DNA of 20,000 nucleotides from Mesotaenium endlicherianum (lineage: Eukaryota). The position numbers and the translations under genes were made by a program. The notes beneath the pieces were generated by a model. The model had not been told where the DNA came from, searched no databases, and saw nothing but the letters and a program-made list of their open reading frames with translations. Below are positions 1 to 11,900 of this stretch, in pieces (position 1 is the stretch's first letter; the number at the start of each line of letters is the position of its first letter). Location: positions 67,417 to 87,416 of the forward strand of contig WELA01002336.1 in assembly GCA_009602735.1 (NCBI GenBank), in the 5' to 3' direction.

Positions 1-351
1 TTGACTTGAAAACATTATTTCGAAATGAAGAGTTAAGAAACCTATTTGCATAACTGCACAAGATACTATTTCCTACATGTACTAGAAAAAGCACATCTTG
101 ATTTTGACCGCTCTTTAGCAAATCTCCCAGTCTACTACTTTTAGCATGCTATTCATGCACATACCATCAACAAGATTGAATAGGCTCCACCAAGACATCA
201 TCGACCACCAAGCACGCGACAGTTGCCGTCTTAACTACAACAAGCCTTGAAGAACTTGACAGGACACGTCACCATTGCTTAGCACATGAAAGGGAGAAAT
301 ACTAGGCGTACATATTGATGCACGGGAACGAAAACTTTTTGTCAACCAAGC
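1..351 (-). other. Probable NUP160 3' UTR and downstream intergenic sequence
   Basis: Follows the stop codon and is visibly more AT-rich, with no ORF. No clear poly(A) signal identified. Confidence 0.6.
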
Positions 352-405
352 TCAACAAACTCTTGTGGCAGAAATCTGCGAGAAGTCTTCAGAGTCCAAC
401 TTGAC
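352..405 (-). CDS. NUP160: NUP160 terminal coding exon: VKLDSEDFSQISATRVC*
   Basis: tggcag| acceptor, 17 codons, then TGA. Resembles the plant C-terminus LKVDSxD. Confidence 0.85.
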   Translation of the reverse strand, partial: VKLDSEDFSQISATRVC

Positions 406-3400
406 CTGCCATACACAAAGTGAAGGAATCGGGCGAGAAAGGATTGCATGAGTGAAAAAGACAAACAAGGCAACTGAAAATCAAGCGACAGAAAGAGAAA
501 GGGGGGAGGGGGNAAATAGGGATGATGCCCAAGTGAGCTTGCTTTGCCCACGCCAGCAAGCTTGTTGGCTCCGCAAACATGCAGCCAAAGAGGCACAAGG
601 ACAACAGCCGAGGGCTCAAGAAGATTGAGAAACGAAAGAGCAGGGTGGTTCCTTACAGGAGCCATACCGGCCACACGGAAGAAGTCAAAAAAGTCTCAGC
701 CTGGACCTTACTAGCCTCCGGGGCCTTCCAATCGGCCGCGATCCCCACACCTCAGCCAAGCCACTGCCAGGCTCAGCTCGGCCCTGGCTTTGCTCGGATC
801 ACGTCAGCAGCATCGCATAAGCCGAAGGATGTGCTACTCGACATGTTTTGTTCTAGTGCTGTAGCGCTGGGTTAAGTTGCTTCAGAGCGAGTGCAACCCT
901 AGCGACCAACTTGAGAGGAAGCAGTGGCATCAACAAACACCCTGCCAGTTGCCCCCCTCCTACCTCCCCTACTGCATGTGAGTGTGGTGAGGTGCGGCAG
1001 AGATTGAGTGGTCCCAAACACGGATGTGGCACTTGCTCCCGACGGTGCAGGCAAGCACAGCAGGTAGAAGTTCTAACTCTGTTTGTACACCAACCGATTT
1101 GCGCGCACGCACACACACACGCACGCACACAAAAAGAGAGAGGAAGACAAAGAGAGAGAGGCACTCCGTGATTTTCACACAGAGAAGCATACATGTGCTC
1201 TGCCGAGCCCCAGACAGCGGGAACAGACTGAAGGGCTACCTGCGCCAAGTGGGAATCCAGAGCAGCCGCAAGAGCCGACTGCAGGGCCTGGAGCCGCTCG
1301 GGTGGGGCGCTGAGGTGCTGCTGCCAGGTGGCACTGCCAGCTGTTGCGGCCGTCGCGTGCGCCAGCCGGGCCTGCAGGCGGTCCAGCAGCGTGTAGGGCG
1401 TCCACGCGCCCGCCAGCCTCTTGTGCTTCTGCAGCTCTGAGGATCTCTGCTTGCGGAGACAGACAAGGAAGCACAAGGAAGTGACGGGGGTGTGAGAGAA
1501 GAGGGGGGGGGAGAAAGCGAGGGGCAGCCGTCAGCTCAAGAGACGTGAGGGAGTGAGGGAGTGAGGGAGTGAGGGAGTGAGGGAAGAGTGGAAGAAGGCT
1601 TATCCATGGCCATCAGGGTGAAGTGCAAAGCTGTCCGGGAATCGATGGCATTGTACAGCCCCACACTCTCAGCCCCTCAGATTCTGACAGAAGCACAGCA
1701 CTGCAACACATACAACGCCGACTTGGTGCCTACAGATGGGGTACTGCTAGCACCCCCTTCTATATGACTACAGGTCATACACCTATGCTTGATGGGCCGA
1801 CAAGGGCGAAAGTCCCAAGAGTGGGTGGACCTAGAGGGCGGTACCTGGTCGGCCCAGTCCCGTAGCAGGTCAACTGCTACTGAGGCAGCCTCAGGCAGCA
1901 GGTCAAAGTCCAGGAGTAGGCCTAGCAGAGCGGCAGGGTCAGGCGGCACGGCCGCTGCTCCGCCCTTGCCACCTGGCAGTCCCTCCTGCACACCTCAGTT
2001 TACGCCTCGCACAGGCAGACATCAGGATCCAGCCTGTCGTTAATCGTCTGACCCCCCTCTGCTCGACTCCACGTCTTCAGCCAAAGGGGAGCGCGTGCAG
2101 CTAGTTGCACAGCACCTATCTCTGGGATGTATAGAGGGGGGGGGGGGATTCTTTCACTTGCGGGCAGGGGAGGGAGTGAGAGGAGGGGAGGAGGGATGTC
2201 GACTACGGGGAGCATTTGTTTAATGCCTCTGAGTGATGCTTTGTCTCTCCTAAGGGACAAAAGCAAGCCGGGGGGAGGGCGGGGCTTTAATTATGGGGAT
2301 GATAACACGAGCAGACGAAACAAGCAAACAAGCGGTTAAAAGAGACGGCAACTGGCAGCCGCTCAGAGGCGAGAGTGGTGCTGCGCACACGCACGCCCAC
2401 AGGCCAGGTGTTGGCGGAGGGTGCCCTCGTGCAGCATGCCTACCTTGAAGAGGGCCAGCAGCCAATGGGGAAGCTGCAGACCGGGATCGACGGACAGGAT
2501 GGTGCGTGTGACGATCTCGCGCAGCCGCCGATGCTGTGCCACATACTCCTCCTGCGACATCACACCCCACCCCCCCGCAACAGACGTCCCCTCAGATTGT
2601 CAGAGTTCAGATTTAGTGACCCTTTCCCACCTCCTGCATGAGGGCTGTGAGGAGCAGCTTATGGTGGGGGTTGGCTTCCTAACAGCCAAATGTCCTGCAC
2701 ACTGTTTGTCTCTTCACCAGCGCACATGTGGACCAATTTGTACCGCTAATACGTGCGCACGCGCGCACATACACACACACACACACATGCACACGCGCGC
2801 ACATGCACATGCAGAGGGTGAGATGCCCCCACACGCACAATGCCCACAGATTCGGTAAAGAATATGTCGAAGGTGCGCGTATATGTCTGTGCTTTTGCAC
2901 GTGCCCATTATTCAGCTTAAGATGATAACTCACTTGACAGACGAAAGTAGTGTGCTCCTCTCTGCGGCAGACCAGAACGTCTCAATCACAAGAAGCCAGA
3001 AAACAGACTTAAGGACTAGATGCATATCACATGCAAAAAATCTCCCCTTTAGAAGTCTTCCCCGGAGAGCTTACCAGATGGAGGCGGAGTTGCTGCCACG
3101 TGGCGGCAGCAGATGCCGCAACGTGCTCGCCAGCACCCATGGAGTCCCTTCCGCTCTCCGGAAGGTCCTCCAGTTGGGTGCTGCCATGTGGCATGGGCCG
3201 GGCTCTGTCGCCACCACTGGTGCTGACAAGAGCTCCGCTGCGAGCGCTTGCCAGCTCCCTCAGCATGAGATTGTGCTCTGTGAGCCTGCCAGGTGTCGCG
3301 CCCCTGGCATCCCTAGGGTCCTGGCGCTTGGTGCCCGGCCCCTTCTGGCTGGAGCCGCTGCAGGCAAGAAGGACAAGACACGGCAGGAGAAGAGATTCAG

Positions 3401-5925
3401 AGATACAAGGAGCGCGGGCCGGCGGGCAGCGGGTGCGTCGGGGAAAGGGGAGAGTCAGAGACAAAGTCGACGGCACTCAAGGCCGTAGATCACGGAGGAG
3501 AAAAAACGAAAGCGAGTCGACGGCCATGGGAAGATTAGAATGGCAGGCCGCGAGCCCGACGGCACCCGGAAGGCAAGGGTGGAAGGAGAGCAGATGCAGA
3601 TGCTGAAGCTGAGCCCACAGATAAGAGCACTTAATGCGAGGTGCTGGCACGTGCCTCCGCTTCACTCCTGTTTAGACGCATCAATGGAGCAGCACCACTC
3701 ACTAACACCATCACCACCACCACCACCATCATCAATCACCATCGTCGTCATCATTGTCATCGTCGTCCTTGTTGTCATTGACAACAGCGGCAACAGACGA
3801 CGATAAAGGGAGAAGACACCACCACCGACGCCAACATTACAAGCAAAGAAAAGACAACGACAACAACGCGCACAACCACGACAACAACGAGAGCCGCAGC
3901 AGAGAGCGCTCCTGGCAACAATGACGCGCGCCAGAGAGACAGGTGGCATCACACAAGGCAGCTTCTCATCCACCTGAAGATGGGCGGCAGGTGGAGGAGG
4001 TCCGGGCGGTGCAGCTGCAGGGCGCAGCAGTGGCGGGCCATGGCCTCAAAAATCCTCTCCAGCTCTCTGCCCACATGCAGCGGGAGAGAGAGAGTCCCAG
4101 GATGTGGATTCAGTTATTGCAAGTAAATAAGTTGGTTCTTGATCTGGCCACCTTAGGGCACATCACCTTCATTTGTCTTTACATTCCATTGCAAGCCATC
4201 TAAGATATTGCCGTGTAACCTTATAATGGATGAGCTACTACTTGGACACACACACACACACACAAGCACTTGTGCGCAGCACGCAGGCCACGCGGAAGGA
4301 GGAGGGAGAAAAAACACGTGAGAAGGTTGAGAGGGGACATGCAAAAAGCACAGGGCGGGGAGAATATGCAAGTTTCGCCGCTCTTGTAGTGGCCCATGGC
4401 GAAGAAAATATTTGCACCCATGCGTAGGCATGCGAGCGCTCACGCATACGCACAGCCAAAGAATGGAGAGACGATACATCCAGGGACAGCTGTTCTGGTC
4501 TGTTCGATCATCACAATGACTTAAGACACCTCCCCCCCTTCCTCCCTCCCTCCTTCGCTTCCTCCCAGCCGCCGCCAATGTGATAGAATGTAACCCACCA
4601 TCAACTACCCTTCCTGCCAGTCACTTGGTCAGCCGGTCAGTCAGCCAGTAAGATTGCCAGCCAGTCTGACAGTCAGCCAGGCAATCCGTCAGTCTGACAG
4701 TCAGCCAGTCCACCAGGCAGTCAGGCAGATGGCCAGGCAGCCAGCCCAGCAGCCTCTCACGGGGCCACTGTTTTATATCAGAAGGGCAGGAAACTTGTGT
4801 GGCAAGACTCAGCAGACTCCTCCTTTGCCTTTAGCTGCTGCTGCTGCTGCTGCTGCTGCACTCACTTATGGAGAGCAGAGCCGTGGAAGAAGAGGGCGGC
4901 CATGGACAACGCGGGCGAAAAGAGGCCCGCCTCGCTCAGCAGCCGCACCATCTGCGTGGCACTCACATGCTCCCCTGCGCACCCCCCCCAACAGAGAGAA
5001 GCCGAAAGATGACAAGAAGCACCACCGCCGCCGCCCCCGGAGGAAGGTGGTCGCAGTTGAAGCAGATAGAGGGGGGGCAGAGGCGCGTTGGGGGGGAGTG
5101 GTGAGGGGGGCCGGACGAGGAGCGACGGGGTTGGGGCAGAAGAGGGTGTACTTTGCTGATCCTCGTCAGACTTTGTCAAGAATTGCTATCCCTTGTTCTC
5201 GGCTGCAGCTGTTGCAATCTCAATCCCTATGCAGCACGAGAGCTTCTAGAGCATTCAGCAGTCATCCACGTGCTTGTCCAAGGCATACCCGGGAGAGGCT
5301 GCGACGAATCGTAGCGCGCCAGCTGTAAGCGCGCAGACGCCAGCGCGTAGAAACGCTGCAGGTCCGGCAGCCCCACCTGCGCCGCCGCGGGCTTCCCCTC
5401 TGACGCGCCGTCCGCGAGCGCGACACCTATTGTTTAGCAAGAGGTCACGGCAGTGCCAAAACAGCGCCAAGATTTAGGTCATTCAGTCTCTTTCTTAGCA
5501 TGCAATATCACCAGTTTCAGTGAGTGGATGACTAAGTGAGTGCGAGAGTGAGTTAGTCGGTTGGTCAGACTGCAAATAGTCAAGTGGGTGAGTAAGCGTG
5601 TGTTGCCGGGTGATGTCCGTTAGTCAGTGGATCAGTCAGTCAGTCACTCCATCAGCCGATTGTCAGTCACTCGGTTGGCGGTCTCTTACGGCGCCAGGAG
5701 TCAGAGAGGGAGGAGAGAAAGGGCTTTACGCTAAGAATGATGCGGAAATGAGAAAATGCCAAAGAGCTGGGCTCCGGAGAATAAGCTCTCCATATACTCA
5801 GACAGCTGCCTCGGCCGATGTTTCGGCACATATATGAATGGAGATGCATGCAGACTTGCATACGTGCATTAATGTGCATAGTGTATGCATGCTTCATACA
5901 TGCTTGTGTGTGCGTGAATGTGTGT

Positions 5926-5979
<54 letters not shown>

Positions 5980-8900
5980 TATGTGTGTGTTTTGTTTGTG
6001 TGGGCTATAGTAGTCTTGGCAGGCTCACCATGCGCACATGGATGGGCAGGGGCAGGCAGGCAGACGCAGTGGATGAAAATGTTTACGACTCCTGATAACT
6101 GCTAGTCACCCCATGTCCAGGGAGAACGAAGAAAGGCGCGGGACACAAGTAGCATGCATTCTCTCCTTGGGGCACCCTGTGACTTGGCAGCAGCGGAAGG
6201 GCAGCAGCCGAGAGGGATATGAGAGCCGGAAGTATTACCGGCACTCAGCAAGGGAGCGTCGCCAACGAGGCCTGTCAGGCGCAGGCGTTTTGTCGGGGAG
6301 GGTTGGTGTGGTCCTGCCGCGCCGGGCGCAGGCTGCGCTGGCAGCGAGGGAGTCAGCCACGCGCTGCCAGCCGGCAGGAGCTCGAGGGCGTTGATGGCGA
6401 CTGCCAGCGACTCCACCTGCTCCTGCAGCGCGTCGACACCTGCACTCTCTGCGGCCAGCCGCGAAGCGTGCCGGTACATCACCTGGGCGGCTTTCCTCCA
6501 CTTGTGGCGCGACACGTGGAAGGCGTACAGCAGAGCGTACGGGCTGGGGCTCGCGCTCGCGTCTGAGCACTCGGCCTGCAACCAGGCGACAGGTGGCGGT
6601 CAGAGGCTATCGTACCGACATTTTCACAGAAGGGGGTGTGTGGTATACAAACATGACAATACCCTCAGGCCGCCACAGTCCCATGCCCCGTGGTGTGCCT
6701 TCCTAGTTACTACCTCACCAACCTCAAGTACTACCTCAATCATTTCCTTCCTGACTCCTGACACCATATGCAATGGAGATGCAACCCAGCAACCAGCAGC
6801 ACATCATGTACGAGCCGATGCCCAAGTCCACACCAATTTGCGCGTAAACTGAAACCGGTCAAACACTTGCATCCCACCACCGTTGGTTTCCCCCGAGCCG
6901 CCTTGCCCCAAACCCGCAATTCCTGAACCAAGGGCCAGGAAAGTGCGCTGTTCGATACAGAAGCGCGCGCACGTGCCGAAGCTTCCTCCTCTCGGTGCAC
7001 TTAGACACGCGCTGGGACCAGATGCTTCAGCGCCAGCTGCCTTCACCAGCTGGGCGTGCACGGTCCTCCGTCTCCCACACACTCACTCCCGCACTCTGAT
7101 CTGCTGGAAAGAGCTTCTTCAAGACCACTGGAAGAAAGACATCTGAGTTTGAAAGTTTGCTAAAATGCGGAGAGGGATGGCAAGAGAGTTGCAAGAGGGA
7201 GGGAGGGAGGTGCAGGAAGGAGAAAGGGAGGGAAGGGGGATGGGAGTAGGGGGCACACCTTCCAGAGGAGCTCGGCCTCCACCTTGTCCAGCAGGCCCGC
7301 GTACGGCAGCTCCCGCCCGCACAGCACCTGCACCCGTGGCACTCCCTCCCCAGCCCACACGTGAGCGCGCGCACGTGCACACACACACACACACACACAT
7401 ACACACATACACACACACACACATGCGCACATCAACCAGGTAGAGAACACGGATAGGAATACATCAGTGTGCACACTCATAGTCCGACAGCCTGCGAGCT
7501 GGGCTCAGCAAATGTGCTCCGATCCCCGTGCCAGCAGCTCTGAGCAAGAGCCGCAACCGAGCCATCGAAAGAAAATTCCTCCCTTTGCCCTCCAGCACAG
7601 AAAGAGGCGTGACTCTCTGCCCCTGCCATCCAGGGCTATTGCAGTGAAGATCCGTAAAAGTCTGCAAGTAATACAACAGCAATAAAGAACACAAGACTGT
7701 TTATCCTCCATCAGTCCAACCAACACAGAGCCTCTATTTTTGGAGGGCAAAAGCTGGGGGGCAGGTGCTGGGGGCGGGGACCGGGGNNNNNNNNNNNNNN
7801 NNNNNNNNNNNNNNNNNNNNNNNNNNNNNNNNNNNNNNNNNNNNNNNNNNNNNNNNNNNNNNNNNNNNNNNNNNNNNNNNNNNNNNNNNNNNNNNNNNNN
7901 NNNNNNNNNNNNNNNNNNNNNNNNNNNNNNNNNNNNNNNNNNNNNNNNNNNNNNNNNNNNNNNNNNNNNNNNNNNNNNNNNNNNNNNNNNNNNNNNNNNN
8001 NNNNNNNNNNNNNNNNNNNNNNNNNNNNNNNNNNNNNNNNNNNNNNNNNNNNNNNNNNNNNNNNNNNNNNNNNNNNNNNNNNNNNNNNNNNNNNNNNNNN
8101 NNNNNNNNNNNNNNNNNNNNNNNNNNNNNNNNNNNNNNNNNNNNNNNNNNNNNNNNNNNNNNNNNNNNNNNNNNNNNNNNNNNNNNNNNNNNNNNNNNNN
8201 NNNNNNNNNNNNNNNNNNNNNNNNNNNNNNNNNNNNNNNNNNNNNNNNNNNNNNNNNNNNNNNNNNNNNNNNNNNNNNNNNNNNNNNNNNNNNNNNNNNN
8301 NNNNNNNNNNNNNNNNNNNNNNNNNNNNNNNNNNNNNNNNNNNNNNNNNNNNNNNNNNNNNNNNNNNNNNNNNNNNNNNNNNNNNNNNNNNNNNNNNNNN
8401 NNNNNNNNNNNNNNNNNNNNNNNNNNNNNNNNNNNNNNNNNNNNNNNNNNNNNNNNNNNNNNNNNNNNNNNNNNNNNNNNNNNNNNNNNNNNNNNNNNNN
8501 NNNNNNNNNNNNNNNNNNNNNNNNNNNNNNNNNNNNNNNNNNNNNNNNNNNNNNNNNNNNNNNNNNNNNNNGGGGGGGGGGAGAGAGGGTTCAACGGGCG
8601 CGAGTTTGAGAGCCTCTCAGAACCCGTTGAACGTGCTCCACCGTGCTTCCTTTACGCTCAGGGCTCAAAACAGCTGGCAAGAGTTAGCATTACCACCGTG
8701 TATTGCCGACTCTGTTGCGATGCCGGCCTACCTACTTGGCGCGTGTCCTCCCTACCTCCTTGAGATGCCTCAAAACAGCATTTGAAGCCTCAAGATGCAC
8801 AGGAAGCGGGGGAGTCAGAGACTTGAAGAGCACACTCCAGGGAGAGGAGAGGAAAAAGAAGGAGAGGGGAGGAGCAGAAGAGCACTACCTGCCGGTGGTG

Positions 8901-11900
8901 AGGTCCCCTCAGAGGAGGAGGAGGGCACGGAGGAGGAGGAGGAGGAGGAGGAGGTGAAGAGGTGCACGAGCACGGCCAGCTGCCCGCCCTGGCCCTCCCT
9001 GGCCACCCCCGCTGCCGCCCTGCTCGCCGCCCCTCCCCAGCACACACGCACACGCACACGCACGCAAAAACACTCTGCAAGTAAGACCAAGTGCACTTTT
9101 TGAGCTGCCCACTCCTGTGCTCCTTGAAGCGCATGCACGGACGGCACGGCCCAAGAGCCCCGTCCATTCGGCACGATTTCCACACAAGTCCCTTTGCAGG
9201 CACACGCACACACAGCACGCGTGTTTTGTGCGTGTGTGTGTGCGCGCGTGTGTGTGCACGCTGCTGATGTGGGGCGTGAAGGTGGCATATCTACAAAGCA
9301 GGACCCCTAACACACTAGAGCCTATTGCAGACAGCCATACAGCAGGCAGAAGGAAGGAGAGAGGAGAAAGGAGGAAGAGGCAAGAGGCCACAAGGCTCGC
9401 ATGCAGACATGCACCAGCGGGAGATGTGCTAAGCGCAACATAAACATTCACCCACCGCGCACGCAGATACATACAGACATGCACCCGTACACGCTTGCAT
9501 CTCAACTCAAACAGAAGTCTCTTTGATGGTGCTTGCTGACATCCGCCGAATGGTCTGGCACTGTAGAGGTGTCAGTAGCTGCCAGCTGGCCCTCCTCACC
9601 CGCAGAGACTGCCAGCTCGCACAAATCACAGGCCTCTATTTTCTCCCTGTCTTCTCCCCCAAGCCTGGGCGACCTTGGGCCGACTCCAGCCCTCTCCCGC
9701 ATCCGCTGGCACCGCCGGCACGGCAGTGGGTGTCTTTGACTGGAAGCCGTTTTTGGAGTCTCACCTGAAGAAGTAGCCGACAGCTGTTGAAACATGGTCG
9801 CCCGGGCTGGCCTGAGGCTCGTCGGGTGGTAGGTGGGCGCACGCCAGGCTGGCGAAGCCCAGCAGGAAGGCCCGGGCGGCGGCGTCCCTCTGCTCCTCCC
9901 CCTCCTCGTGCTCCTGCTGCTCCTCCTGCTGCCGGTGGTGGTGGTGGTCGCCTACGTCGCCAATGTCAGCCGCCCGCTGCTGCTGCTGCTGCTGCATGCT
10001 TATCTGGTCCGCACACTGCAGGAGCGTCTGTGCCAGGTGTTGCACAGAAGCAAGGGAGAGCAATGCGAGGGGTTCAGTGCAGAGTTTAAGGTTGAGTTCC
10101 CAGCGCCGAATTTAAAGTCAACTAAAAGTGCCTGCCAGGTGTTGCGCAAGAGCCGGAGGCGACACATTGGGGGGGGGCAGACAAGGAGCAGAAGTTGGCG
10201 CGCATGAAAACAAACAAGGGGCTACCACACGTTAAGAATATCTACGCAAGAGCTTGCAGGGGGCACGTGAGGGTGAGAGCAATGGCCGTGGGGTAACTCC
10301 TCCCATGAGCACGCGCACACACGCATAGTGCTCATACGCACATTCGACGAGTCGTACGGCCATACACATACAAACACGGGGTGTCTGTCAGTCTATGTGG
10401 TTGTGTGTATGTGTGTGTGGGTGGGTGGGTGGGTGGGTGNNNNNNNNNNNNNNNNNNNNNNNNNNNNNNNNNNNNNNNNNNNNNNNNNNNNNNNNNNNNN
10501 NNNNNNNNNNNNNNNNNNNNNNNNNNNNNNNNNNNNNNNNNNNNNNNNNNNNNNNNNNNNNNNNNNNNNNNNNNNNNNNNNNNNNNNNNNNNNNNNNNNN
10601 NNNNNNNNNNNNNNNNNNNNNNNNNNNNNNNNNNNNNNNNNNNNNNNNNNNNNNNNNNNNNNNNNNNNNNNNNNNNNNNNNNNNNNNNNNNNNNNNNNNN
10701 NNNNNNNNNNNNNNNNNNNNNNNNNNNNNNNNNNNNNNNNNNNNNNNNNNNNNNNNNNNNNNNNNNNNNNNNNNNNNNNNNNNNNNNNNNNNNNNNNNNN
10801 NNNNNNNNNNNNNNNNNNNCCCCCCCGCGCCCCATACAACATGCATATGCACATACATGCACACCCATGAAAGGTTGATCGCCGAACCTGAAGGGCCCTG
10901 TACTGGCTATGCTCCAGCAGCAGCAGCGCGATGTGCACGGCCCTCCTGGGAAACGACAGCTGTCCGCCCTGTGGTCCCCACCTCAGCCACCCCGCCGTGG
11001 CCAGGGCTGCGTGGAGTGGGTCCGCCGACGCCCACCCGACGGGCTGCAGGCGCGCAGCAGGTGTCCGCACAGCGCCGGAGATGAGCTCCAGAAGTGTCTT
11101 CTCTGCGGCCTTTGGCTGCGCCGCTGACGAGGACGACGACGGCGGGGGCTGATCCGACTGATCTGAGCCATTCATCTCGGCTGCAGGCAGCAACACACAG
11201 GCAGGCTCATCATCAGGCACAGGTGTCGGGCTGCCTGCTCTGTTAGGTACCCCGCATTGATAAGAGCCCCCTTCGGCCTCGAAGCCCTCAAAGGAACTCA
11301 GAAAATGAAGCCAGCCCAAGTCGTCCAATCCTGTATCCAAAAGACACCCACAGGTTCTAGAGACCCCCGCCACCCGGACCCGAAACCCGACCGGGAAAAA
11401 AAATGCCTAAGATGTAACCTCGGGCATAGGAGGGGCAAGAAAGCAGCCGTACCTATGTGAAGCGACGACAGCTGCAGCCCAAAGTCGTCGGGGGACGGCC
11501 CCGCGTACGTGCCGGCCAGCCAGTGGACGAGCAGGGAGGAGGCCACCAGCTGCGCGACACGTGGCAGCAGCTGGAGCTTCACCTGCGTGCTGTCCTTCCA
11601 ATCCAGCCCCACCTGCAAAGGAACAATTTAGATCATAGGATGCCCATGAAAAATCGGCACCCGGAGGTCCCGAAGGGCAAAAAAGGCTGGAGACGATCAT
11701 TCAAAAGAGAGCCGGGGAGGGAAGAAGTCAAATCTTGCAAACATGACACTCCACTGAGCACGCTAGGAGGCACAAGAACGCAGCACACAGCCATGGCGGT
11801 TCGAACAGGTGGCCCCTGCCTGATAAAGCGCAGACCAGATCTGGAAAGCTGCTTTTACTCTCACACAAGCCGCACGCAGTCGTTCAGAGACGGGGTTGAG

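Noticed and set aside
352..366. C-terminal cysteine (TRVC*) as a prenylation signal
   Set aside because: It is not a CaaX, CC or CxC motif.
853..1239. ORF 853..1476 read-through as the NUP160 C-terminus
   Set aside because: After the CAG|GTAGCC donor the translation is microsatellite-derived (CVRACVCAC). The exon at 352-405 supplies a family-like terminus in the correct phase.
2883..5328. Plus-strand ORFs of ~200 aa (2883-3488, 3031-3606, 4654-5328)
   Set aside because: They are antisense shadows of GC-rich exons plus simple repeats, with no recognisable domain or splice structure.
7734..8763. Long ORFs of 286-332 aa (also those at 10328-11084)
   Set aside because: These are artefacts of translating through N gaps.
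11797..11810. GGTTCGAAC resembling a Pol III B-box or tRNA T-loop
   Set aside because: It lacks the closing CC, the T-stem, an A-box and any cloverleaf, so no tRNA or SINE is supported.
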